A DNA stretch of 61,795 nucleotides, filler included, from Clostridia bacterium (lineage in GTDB: Bacteria; CBDUZB01; JAGLHV01), in NCBI GenBank assembly GCA_030637025.1. It is 6 parts of 6 records of this genome, joined end to end, with 100 filler letters (N's around TTAATTAATTAA, not from the genome) between each part and the next. Parts side by side here need not be neighbours in the genome. Positions count along the whole stretch, not along the records: positions 1 to 8,398 come from DAOVVV010000058.1; positions 8,499 to 31,290 come from DAOVVV010000038.1; 4 more parts are not named here. One strand, written 5' to 3'. Shown here piece after piece: positions 1 to 8,916 of this stretch. Each line of letters opens with the position of its first letter. The first letter of the stretch is position 1. Position numbers and translations under genes: made by a program. The notes beneath the pieces were generated by a model, which ran no database searches, was not told the origin of the DNA, and worked only from the letters and a program-made list of their open reading frames with translations.

Positions 1-168
1 TATGGTCTTGATTATTGGGAGAAATATTTTAGGCAGAAGCAAGGGATAAAAATTCTGACTAAAATAAAAAACAAACTGAACACATCAGGAGTCGAATACT
101 TTTGGGGAATACTATTTATTTTTGGGCTATCGGCATTATTGATTATTGTTTTAAAGAGGCGTAATTAA
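1..168 (+). CDS. 3' end of a partial protein with C-terminal membrane anchor
   Basis: Frame 1 is open from the window start: ...EYFWGILFIFGLSALLIIVLKRRN*. Its TAA overlaps the next ATG (TAATG, 166-170). Confidence 0.7.
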   Translation, partial: YGLDYWEKYFRQKQGIKILTKIKNKLNTSGVEYFWGILFIFGLSALLIIVLKRRN

Positions 169-869
169 TGTTTACAGAATACTTAAAAAATGAAGAGGTT
201 CATCGTTATGAGCGTAAGTTTATTGTTTCCGAATTAACCAAACATCAAATAGAACAAATAGTTAAATTTAATCCGGCGATGTTTTCAGAAATATATTCTC
301 AACGGTTTGTTAATAATCTTTATCTGGATACATTTAACAGAAAAAACTATTTTGATGCGGTTAACGGTGTGGCTTTTAGGGTAAAAGTACGTATTCGTTG
401 GTACGGAGATTTATTCGGGAAAATAAAAAATCCGGTTTTAGAGTTCAAGATAAAAAAGGGATTATGTGGGAGTAAAAAATTGTTTTCTCTCGATAAATTC
501 TTAATTAACAAGGATTTAGAATTGGGCGGTATTTTAAATATTTTAAAAAAGTCAAATATTCCGGATATTTTAAAATTGAATTTAAATTCTTTGGAATTTT
601 CTCTTTTAAACCGTTATAAACGAAAATATTTTTTATCCGCAGATAGTAATTATCGAATTACCATTGATTCAGGAATGGAATATTATCAATTAAAGGCAAG
701 ATATAATAATTTCTTGTGTCATATGCCAGATTCTACTAATACTATTTTAGAGTTGAAATATGAACAAACACAGGATGAATCAGCAGATAAAATTACCAAT
801 TTTTTCCCTTTCAGACTAACCAAGAGTTCGAAATATACAAATGGCATTGAAAGATTGAACCTGTGGTAG
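168..869 (+). CDS. VTC (polyphosphate polymerase-like, CYTH/TTM fold) domain protein
   Basis: Motifs RYERKF, YLDT, KVRIRWYG, LEFKIK, RITID, ILELKY, SKY. Confidence 0.85.
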   Translation: MFTEYLKNEEVHRYERKFIVSELTKHQIEQIVKFNPAMFSEIYSQRFVNNLYLDTFNRKNYFDAVNGVAFRVKVRIRWYGDLFGKIKNPVLEFKIKKGLCGSKKLFSLDKFLINKDLELGGILNILKKSNIPDILKLNLNSLEFSLLNRYKRKYFLSADSNYRITIDSGMEYYQLKARYNNFLCHMPDSTNTILELKYEQTQDESADKITNFFPFRLTKSSKYTNGIERLNLW

Positions 870-935
870 AGCGGAAGGATGAGGTGTTTAGGTATTAGTA
901 TTAATTTTTTAAAGAAAAGGTGAAATGCAAACATT

Positions 936-2384
936 ATGAAAGTGCTAATTTTAAATCCGTTCACTAAAATTACCGGGAATGTCGTTCGTGATTTAATTTA
1001 TGGATGTTGGTGTAAGGGGAAAAGAATAGGAGGGACTAAGTTTCCACCCCTTAATCTTGTATATGTAGCTACGGTTTTAAAGGAACATGCCTGCCGGGTG
1101 GAATTATTGGATGCCGGGATTAACAGAAAAGTCTTTGATGATTTAAAAAAAAGAATTAAGCAATATAGGGTAGTTATTATGACTACTTCTATGATGACTT
1201 TTAATGAGGATGCTGCGATATTAGCTGATTTAAAGAAAAAAAATAACAACCTTATTACCATAATTTTTGGATCACATCCGACTTTTATGCCTAAATATTG
1301 CTTGTCTAAGGATTCTATAGATATTATTGTCAGGAGAGAACCGGAATTTATAATTAAAGAGCTAATAGAAAAGATAGAAAAAGGCGGGGAGGGCTGGAAA
1401 AACGTAAAGGGGATTGGATATTGCCAGGAAGAAAAAATAGTATTAAATGATTTTTACCCTTTTATGGACAATTTAGATGATTTACCTTTTCCGGATAGAA
1501 CAATGTTACCGGCGGAGGTAGATTATTTTAATCCTGTTGTTAAAAGGATTCCCTATACGACTATGATAACTTCCCGGGGTTGTTCCGGTAAGTGTATGTT
1601 TTGTACGGTCCCTTCTTTTTATGGGAATAAAATCCGTTGTCGTTCAGTGGAAAATGTTATGGAGGAGTTGAGAATTATTCAAAGACAGGGCTATAAGGAA
1701 GTGTTTTTTAGAGACGAGACTTTTACTTTCTATAAAAAACGTAATAAGCGGATATGTGAAAAGATGATAGAAGAAAATATGAATTTCACTTGGGTGTGTA
1801 ATTCCCGGGTGGGAACGGTAGATAAAGAAATGATGATGTTAATGAAAAATGCCGGATGTCATATGATTAAGTTGGGAGTGGAATCGGGAGTACAGACGAT
1901 ATTAGATACTATAGAGAAAGGAATAGACCTTGAAATGACCCGTAAAACTTTTAAATGGGCACATGAAGTGGGAATAGATATTCATGCCCATTTAATGCTT
2001 GGTAGTCCGGGTGAGACAAAAGAAACTGTCAGGCAGACAATTGATTTTGTAAAAAAAGTAGAACCGGCTACGGTAACTTTTGGGATTTGTACCCCTTATC
2101 CGGGGACAAAACTTTTTCGGCAGGTGGCTGAAAATTACCCGGAAATAGAGGATGGTAGTTCTTGTGATTTAAATAAGATTCATACAAAAGCATTTTTCAA
2201 TGAAACATTTACTTCTTTGACTAAAAAGGAACTGGAAATAAGCGTACATAAGGCCTACCGGAGTTTTTATTTGCGTCCGTCTTATCTTTTAGGATGGCTG
2301 AGGCGGATTAGTAGTTTAAATGAACTAAAAAGAGTTATTTTAGCGGGAGTAAAGATTGTTGAATTTGCTCTTCGTAATGAGTAA
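936..2384 (+). CDS. Cobalamin-binding radical SAM protein
   Basis: N-terminal B12-binding region (PPLNL, GSHPT, REPE), TSRGCSGKCMFC CxxxCxxC motif, DETFT, GVESG, PYPGT. Confidence 0.9.
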   Translation: MKVLILNPFTKITGNVVRDLIYGCWCKGKRIGGTKFPPLNLVYVATVLKEHACRVELLDAGINRKVFDDLKKRIKQYRVVIMTTSMMTFNEDAAILADLKKKNNNLITIIFGSHPTFMPKYCLSKDSIDIIVRREPEFIIKELIEKIEKGGEGWKNVKGIGYCQEEKIVLNDFYPFMDNLDDLPFPDRTMLPAEVDYFNPVVKRIPYTTMITSRGCSGKCMFCTVPSFYGNKIRCRSVENVMEELRIIQRQGYKEVFFRDETFTFYKKRNKRICEKMIEENMNFTWVCNSRVGTVDKEMMMLMKNAGCHMIKLGVESGVQTILDTIEKGIDLEMTRKTFKWAHEVGIDIHAHLMLGSPGETKETVRQTIDFVKKVEPATVTFGICTPYPGTKLFRQVAENYPEIEDGSSCDLNKIHTKAFFNETFTSLTKKELEISVHKAYRSFYLRPSYLLGWLRRISSLNELKRVILAGVKIVEFALRNE

Positions 2385-2510
2385 GAGATATAAATCCTTA
2401 GTTGTTTAAATCGTAATTTTACCCTTTGGACACAAAAAAATAAGTTTTTTGGAGAGCACTGACCGTATCAACTATTTTAAAACAAGACAGTCATTATAAG
2501 GTAATCAAAA

Positions 2511-4154
2511 ATGAATGAAAAAACAAAAATTAACTTTATTGAAAAAAACGAAAAATTTATTCTCTGGGGAATAATTTTGGTTCTTTTTTTACACGGAGCA
2601 ATAATTTTAAATTATCCTCCGGCGAAGGATAATAGTATGTTTCTTTATATGGGACAGGGGATTTTAAATGGTGAAGTTCCCTATACCGATAATTTTGATA
2701 TGAAACCTCCCGGGATATATTTTATATATGCTTTTATAATAATGATTTTTGGTAATACAATAAAAGGGGTTTATCTTTTTGATTTATTATGGTCTTTAAT
2801 TACCATCTTGGCTGTCTGGAAGTTAGCAAAATATCTTTTCGGAAGAAAAGTAGGACTCATAGCTTGTTTTTTTTACGGTTTTTTATATTTTCCTTGTGGA
2901 AATCTATGGTTCTACGGACAGGCAGAAGCGTTTAGTAATTTGCTGATTGTTCTGGGTATGTATTTATTTTTTTTAGCAGAAGACAAAAATAAAAAACCGT
3001 ATTTCTTTTTTAGCGGATTATTTTTAGGAGCGGCTTCTTTAATTAAATATCCCTTGATAGCAGGTTTAATATGTTTACTTTTGTTTGCCATTTTTAAAAA
3101 CGATAAAGTTGTAAAAATAAAGGAAAAAATAACTGTTTTTTTTGTTTTTCTTTCCGGCTTACTGATCTTATTCGTACCGGTAATATTTTATTTTTTTCTT
3201 CATGATTCTTTAAGGGAGATGCTTTATATCGTGTTTATTTATACTCCCAAATATGCGAAAAGTATTAAGGTTCTTGGTGCCGGGTTTTTGGGGAAAACAA
3301 GTTATTTACTGTCTGAAGTGTTTCAATTCATTGCTGTTTTTATTGCACCGGTAGCTGTTTTTTCTTTATTTGGAATATTTAAGATTTTCAGAAAAGATTT
3401 TATCGGTAAGGAAAAGGGAAACATGTTTTTTCTTAAGCCAAATAGGAAGATTGTCTTGTTTGGCTGGTATGTTTTATGTTTTTTGAACGTTGTAATTCAG
3501 GGAAAATTTTTTGCCTATCATTGGGTTCCGTTTTTAGTCCCTGTATCTGTAATAGGGGCTTTAGGAAGGGTGTATTTTTTGAAAAAATTTAATGAATATA
3601 AAAAAATCTGCATTATTATTTTATTTTGTACTTATATTTTTTCCGGTGTCTTTTTTATCCGCTTAAGTTCTTTTTACGGTGATAATGTAAAATATTTGTT
3701 GGGTAAAATATCCAGGAAGGTTTATCTTGACAGATTTGGAATTTTTGCGCAGAAATGTGATTTTTCCGCAAACAGTAACGAATTTTTATCCCATTATATA
3801 AAAAAAAATACACAACGAAACGATTTTATTTATCTCTGGGGTGCCCATCCGGAAATTTATGTTTTATCCGGGCGTCGCTCTGCCAGTAAATTTCTAATGT
3901 CTCATCAATTGTATTGTTCATGGGCACCTTTACAATGGAGAGATGATTTTTTGAAAGAATTAGAGGAAAAATCTCCCCGGTTATTTATAGTAACCAGGGA
4001 TGATTGTTTTCCGCAAGTTAGCGGAGTATTAAAAGATTCCCGTCAGAGACTGAAAGACTTTAAAAAAATTGATTCTTTTTTAACGGATAATTATTTTTTA
4101 GATAAAGAAATAGATATGTTTTCTGTATATAAAAGAAAGGATGAAAAAAAATGA
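2511..4154 (+). CDS. GT-C fold membrane glycosyltransferase (ArnT/PMT-like)
   Basis: Many TM segments, PYTDNFDMKPPG loop motif, soluble C-terminal domain. Confidence 0.8.
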   Translation: MNEKTKINFIEKNEKFILWGIILVLFLHGAIILNYPPAKDNSMFLYMGQGILNGEVPYTDNFDMKPPGIYFIYAFIIMIFGNTIKGVYLFDLLWSLITILAVWKLAKYLFGRKVGLIACFFYGFLYFPCGNLWFYGQAEAFSNLLIVLGMYLFFLAEDKNKKPYFFFSGLFLGAASLIKYPLIAGLICLLLFAIFKNDKVVKIKEKITVFFVFLSGLLILFVPVIFYFFLHDSLREMLYIVFIYTPKYAKSIKVLGAGFLGKTSYLLSEVFQFIAVFIAPVAVFSLFGIFKIFRKDFIGKEKGNMFFLKPNRKIVLFGWYVLCFLNVVIQGKFFAYHWVPFLVPVSVIGALGRVYFLKKFNEYKKICIIILFCTYIFSGVFFIRLSSFYGDNVKYLLGKISRKVYLDRFGIFAQKCDFSANSNEFLSHYIKKNTQRNDFIYLWGAHPEIYVLSGRRSASKFLMSHQLYCSWAPLQWRDDFLKELEEKSPRLFIVTRDDCFPQVSGVLKDSRQRLKDFKKIDSFLTDNYFLDKEIDMFSVYKRKDEKK

Positions 4155-4828
4155 AAATATCAGTGATTATTCCGGTTTATAACGAAGAAAAAACCGTTAA
4201 GCAAACTATTTCGGAGATTCAAAAAGTAAATTTAGACAAAGAAATAATCGTGGTTGATGATAAATCGGAAGATTTAACTTATCATATTGTTGAGGAAATG
4301 AAATATTCTAATATTGTACTGGTCAAACAAAAAGTTCATCGGGGGAAAGGGGCGGCTATTCGTGAAGCATTACGTTATGTTACCGGAGAAATTGTTATTA
4401 TCCAGGATGCTGATTTAGAATATGATCCGGCGGATTATCCTAAATTGATCGCCCCTATACTAAAAAACCAGGCGGAGGTAGTTTATGGTTCCCGTTTTAA
4501 AGGTAAAATAAAAGGAATGCGATTTAGTAATTTAATGGCTAACAAAATTTTAACAGGGGTTAGCAATATGTTGTTTGGAATACATATTACTGATGAAGCA
4601 ACTTGTTACAAAGTTTTTCGTGCGGAAGTAATAAAAAAAATACCGCTTAAATGTTCCGGATTTGAATTTTGTCCTGAAATAACGGCTAAGATAGCTAAAC
4701 GGAAAATTAGAATTATAGAAGTGCCTATTTCTTATCGGGCAAGAACGATAGCCGAAGGTAAAAAGGTTAAGTGGATTGATGGCTTTATTGCCGTATATAC
4801 GTTGATAAAATATAGATTTATGGATTAA
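4151..4828 (+). CDS. GT2 polyprenol-phosphate glycosyltransferase (DPM1-like)
   Basis: IIPVYNE, VDDKSED, GKGAA, QDADLEYDP, VVYGSRF, FEFCPEIT. Overlaps the upstream stop. Confidence 0.9.
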   Translation: MKISVIIPVYNEEKTVKQTISEIQKVNLDKEIIVVDDKSEDLTYHIVEEMKYSNIVLVKQKVHRGKGAAIREALRYVTGEIVIIQDADLEYDPADYPKLIAPILKNQAEVVYGSRFKGKIKGMRFSNLMANKILTGVSNMLFGIHITDEATCYKVFRAEVIKKIPLKCSGFEFCPEITAKIAKRKIRIIEVPISYRARTIAEGKKVKWIDGFIAVYTLIKYRFMD

Positions 4829-4870
4829 AAAATCTGAATCAAAAATAATAATTCCCAAAATTCTAAACAA

Positions 4871-5015
4871 AGGCAAAATATATTTTTCTCTGGACGCAAA
4901 TTTTACCCTTCGGGCACGCGAAAACAAGATAGTTATTTAAATGTAGGGGCGACCCTTGGTCGCCCGAAAGGCCCTGCGCGAAAAATTTGCTAAATTGTTT
5001 AAAACACATTTTATT
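4871..5015. repeat. Degenerate copy of a ~150-bp terminal-inverted-repeat element with an internal REP-like hairpin
   Basis: Both arms match 45900-46053 (ctctggacgca..ttaccct.cgggcacgc.aaaacaag; aaaatttgcta...aaacacatttta). The core is GTAGGGGCGACCcttGGTCGCCC (4943-4965). Confidence 0.7.
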
Positions 5016-5113
5016 TTTAGATGGGCTTGTTTGCTATGATATATTATTATTTTAAATTTATGATTTAAATATTGTTTCTTATTTAACGATTGGAAGTGTA
5101 AAGAGGAGCGATT

Positions 5114-5932
5114 ATGTTAAATGCTTTGAGTGTAGATCTGGAAGACTGGTATATGGGTTTGGGGGTACCCCAAAATAAATGGAAATTTTGTGAAGAGAGA
5201 ATAGTAGAAAGTACGGGTAAGATTTTAGACCTTTTGAGAGAATTTGATGTGAAGGCCACATTTTTTGTTCTGGGCCGGATTGCTGAACAACACCCGGAAC
5301 TTATACTTGCTATTAAAAAAGAAAATCATGAGATTGCTTCCCATGGATATTTACATAAATGTGTTTTTAATCAAACGGCACAAGAATTTGAATTTGATTT
5401 AAAACAGTCAATAAGGTGTATTAGTAAAGTAACGGGAGAAAAAATTTTAGGGTATAGGGCTCCTTGTTGGTCAATTAGAAAAAAATCATTTTGGGCGATG
5501 GATATACTCAAGCGTTACGATATTAAATATGATTCCAGTATTTATCCGGTAAAATTACCGTTTTTTGGTTTAGCCCGGAGTGAACAATATCCTTATTTAA
5601 TAAAAGAAAATCTTATGGAATTTCCTCCCTCTGTAATTAAAATATTAGGAAAAAATATTCCTTTTGCCGGAGGAATATTTTTGAGAATGTTTCCCTATTC
5701 GGTGGTGCATAAAGGGATCAAGTTAATAAACAAAAAAAAACAACCGGCACTTATTCATATTCATCCCCGGGAATTAGACGAAAAATTTTCTCCTGTTAAA
5801 TATTTGTCTTTTAAGTGGAAGATTTTTCAGGATATACGGATTGGTAAAACCGAAGACAAATTCAGGCTGTTGCTTAAAAATTTTAGGTTTGGTCCGATAA
5901 AAGATGTCCTTTCCGGGTTCTGTGAGAAATAG
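5114..5932 (+). CDS. Polysaccharide deacetylase (NodB/CE4, DUF3473-type)
   Basis: SVDLEDW, ATFFVLG, HEIASHGYLH, GYRAP, YDSS, HPRE. RBS GAGGAG upstream. Confidence 0.88.
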   Translation: MLNALSVDLEDWYMGLGVPQNKWKFCEERIVESTGKILDLLREFDVKATFFVLGRIAEQHPELILAIKKENHEIASHGYLHKCVFNQTAQEFEFDLKQSIRCISKVTGEKILGYRAPCWSIRKKSFWAMDILKRYDIKYDSSIYPVKLPFFGLARSEQYPYLIKENLMEFPPSVIKILGKNIPFAGGIFLRMFPYSVVHKGIKLINKKKQPALIHIHPRELDEKFSPVKYLSFKWKIFQDIRIGKTEDKFRLLLKNFRFGPIKDVLSGFCEK

Positions 5933-5953
5933 TGGGCAATGGATGAATGTTTT

Positions 5954-6143
5954 CAATGAGACTTAGAGTTTTTGTCAGCTATGCTGACAAAAACTCTGTA
6001 GTCGAATTGATCCTGAGAGACCGAAGGGAGAGAAGGGTCCAGTGTTTAATTATCCGTAGCTATGCTGACAAAAACTCTAAGTCTCATTGATCCTGAGCAC
6101 TTCGTTTTGCTCAGCATAAATTCCCTTGCAGGGAAACGAAGGG
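5954..6143. repeat. Nested inverted-repeat (REP/REPIN-like) intergenic element
   Basis: caatgagacttagagtttttgtcagc (5954-5979) is the exact reverse complement of 6064-6089. Also a local hairpin at 5965-5997, a duplicated ttgatcctgag, and a ctgagca..tgctcag hairpin. Confidence 0.75.
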
Positions 6144-6209
6144 TTTTGGGTTTAATTTCCTGTAGCTTTGCGGGGCAGTTTATTAAAAAAAATAAAATAT
6201 CGGGAAAAA

Positions 6210-8398
6210 ATGAAAAAAAAAGATTGGTTATATATCGGTATAATTATTATTTTCGGGTTTATTCTTTATGCTAATTCTTTGAATAATTCTTTTGTTTGGG
6301 ATGATAAAGGGCATATAGAGAAAAATGATTTTATTAAAGACTGGAATAATTTACCCAGTCTTTTTACTCCTGGTTATTTTGAGCTTACTAACGAAGGATT
6401 TGCTTTAAGCTGGCGTCCGTTAACTACTCTTTCTTATTTTATTAGTTATAGTTTGTGGGGGATTAATCCTTTAGGGTATCGTTGGGCAAGCATTATAAAT
6501 CATTTATTGAATGCCGTATTAGTATATTTAATCACTTCTATTCTTTTCCGAAAAAGAAATATTTCTTTTATGGCCGGTTTGTTTTTTATTGCACATCCTA
6601 TTAATACCGAAGCGGTTTGTGGTATTAGTTTTAATGAAAACTTGTTAGCCTGTTTATTCCTCTTAGGGGCTTTTTATTTATATGTAAAAACCCAAAATGA
6701 TAAGAAATCACAGAAAATTAGAATCTTTTTATGGGGTATTTCCTGTTTGTTTTATTTGTTAGCTCTTCTCTCTAAAGAAGTAGCTATTAGTTTGCCTTTA
6801 ATTATTTTAGCCTATGATTATTGTTTTGCTCCGGAAAAAGATATGAGAAAAAGATATTTTTTTTATTTAGGTTATGCAGGAATAACACTTTTTTATTTAG
6901 GAATCAGGTTTTTTGTTTTACAAGATATACAAAATATATTTTTTTCCAACCTGATTAAAAAGGATTTTTTATCTGTAGGATTGGTGGAAATAATAGCCAG
7001 TTTGGTTTACTTTTTAAAGTTACTTGTTTTACCGGTTAATTTATGTGCAGTGCCTCTTATATCTACTCCGGGGTCTTTATTTGGAGCCAGGGGTCTTGGT
7101 TTAATAGTAGCAATAATTATAATAGGGGTGTTTAATTTTTTTATTTATAAATATTCTAAAAAGGTTTTTTGGAGTTTGCTTTGGATTTTTTTAAATCTGT
7201 TACCTATATTGAGCATAATACCTTTTTATTACCTGTTTAGTGAGCGGTATTTGTATATTCCTTCAATAGGATTTGCTATGCTATTAGCCATAGGAATAGA
7301 TAAATGCATACAAACCAAAAGGCTATCAATGGCAGTATTAATTTTCCTGTTGGTTTTTTATAGTTGGACCACGGTAAAGAGAAATAGTGATTGGAAGGAT
7401 GATTTAACTCTCTGGTCCAGAACGGTTAAAATGTACCCGAACAATTGTCAGGCTCATAATAATCTTGGGTGTGTATATAATGAACAGGGTAAATATGATG
7501 AAGCTTGCAGGGAATATAAAAAAGCTTTGGAATTGGTTCCTCATTATCTTGCCTCCTGGCTTAACTTAGGAAATGTTTATATGTTAAAAGGTGAATATTA
7601 TAAGGCAATAAAAGCAGTGAAAGAAGTTTTAAAATTAAATCCCAATCATAGCGGGGCGCATAGTAATCTGGGTGTTTACTATGCTAAAATAGGATTGTAT
7701 AATCAGGCGCTGCAGGAATATAAGAAGGTATTAGAATTAAATCCCAGGTCGGGGGCTGGTATTTATAAAAATATTGGAGATTTATATCGACAACAAGGGT
7801 TGGAAGAAGAAGCAGTAAAAGCATATAAGTATGCGTTAAAATTGAATCCTCAGTATGTAGAAGCCCGGCAATGCCTTAGTTTTTACGGAGAGAAAGATGA
7901 AAAAGAAAAAATTATTTACTTTTATCAAAGAATCAGGATGATTAATTCGAAAATACTAAATAAAATGAATTTTAAGTTAGCCGTGAGTCAACCATATTTA
8001 CAGGGAGAGATAGAAAAATATCTACTGGAAGACAATCTGGGAAACAGATGGTTGTTTGAAACATATCCTTCATATGCTTTAGCTGTGGCCCAAATCCAGG
8101 AAGCAATATATTATTTTGCACTAATTTGCGGGATTGATTTGCCCCAGGTACATTGCCTTTATTTACCGATTAATGGTAAATCAATGTTTGGGTCTATCCA
8201 AAGGTTTTTGCCTGATATGAGTTCTTTCTGTGATATACCAACAAAAAAATTAGTTAGACATCAGGTTAATTATATCCAAAAACAGCACATATTTGATTGG
8301 TTTATTCTTAACCATGACAGCACAAAGGATAATTTTCTTATTAGTAAAGAGGCTAAAATTGTCGGGATTGATAAGGATTCAGCATTTAATTTGTTGAA
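6210..8398 (+). CDS. TMTC-like GT-C membrane glycosyltransferase with TPR repeats and a C-terminal HipA/PI3K-like domain (3' truncated by gap)
   Basis: FVWDD, WRPL, HPINTEAV, SKE, ERYLYIPS, RNSDWKD motifs; about 4 TPRs; then FDWFILNHDSTKDNFL...IVGIDKDSAF. ATG 6210 preferred over TTG 6168. Confidence 0.8.
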
Positions 8399-8498
8399 NN
8401 NNNNNNNNNNNNNNNNNNNNNNNNNNNNNNNNNNNNNNNNNNTTAATTAATTAANNNNNNNNNNNNNNNNNNNNNNNNNNNNNNNNNNNNNNNNNNNN
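8399..8498. other. Artificial contig spacer
   Basis: N44-TTAATTAATTAA-N44, giving stops in all six frames; identical at all five gaps. Confidence 0.97.
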
Positions 8499-8630
8499 AT
8501 CATTTAGCGTTCCGGTTCCTTTTTTGGGATAAAGCCCGATTTTTCTTAATTTGTTTATTTTGTTTTGTTCAATAATAAATGCAATGAGTAAGATAAAAAT
8601 TATTACTATTACTATGTATAATAATGTCAT
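8499..8630 (-). CDS. Small membrane-anchored protein (3' truncated by gap)
   Basis: RBS GAGGAG, ATG 8630; MTLLYIVIVIIFILLIAFIIEQNKINKLRKIGLYPKKGTGTLND... Not in the ORF track. Confidence 0.65.
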
Positions 8631-8653
8631 TTGTCTCCTCGATAACTTAATTT

Positions 8654-8743
8654 TTATAACTCTTTAATCATTTGTTTCAGTATAAAAGATTTCCCTGCTG
8701 TTCCGGAACCGGTTATTGTAACAATTATTTCATTTTTATCCAT
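8654..8743 (-). pseudogene. 29-aa Walker-A-like remnant of an AAA-family ATPase
   Basis: MDKNEIIVTITGSGTAGKSFILKQMIKEL* resembles the N-terminal P-loop of AAA_14/DUF4143 ATPases. Confidence 0.45.
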
Positions 8744-8754
8744 TTTATTAACCT

Positions 8755-8836
8755 TATTAGGCAAAATTTATAAATTTTGCCTAATATACTCTGCTAAATA
8801 GACAAATATTATAAAAAATATCCTTTATCAAGCCAA
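8755..8836 (-). promoter_or_regulatory. Sigma70-like promoter plus 32-bp perfect palindrome (putative operator)
   Basis: TTGGCT (8836-8831)-17 nt-TATAAT (8813-8808); palindrome tattaggcaaaatttataaattttgcctaata at 8755-8786. Confidence 0.6.
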
Positions 8837-8916
8837 AATTGGAACTTCAATATAAATATAGAATTAGAATCGGTTTTTATAAAGGATTTTCGAATATCAG
8901 ACACATTATATCAATT

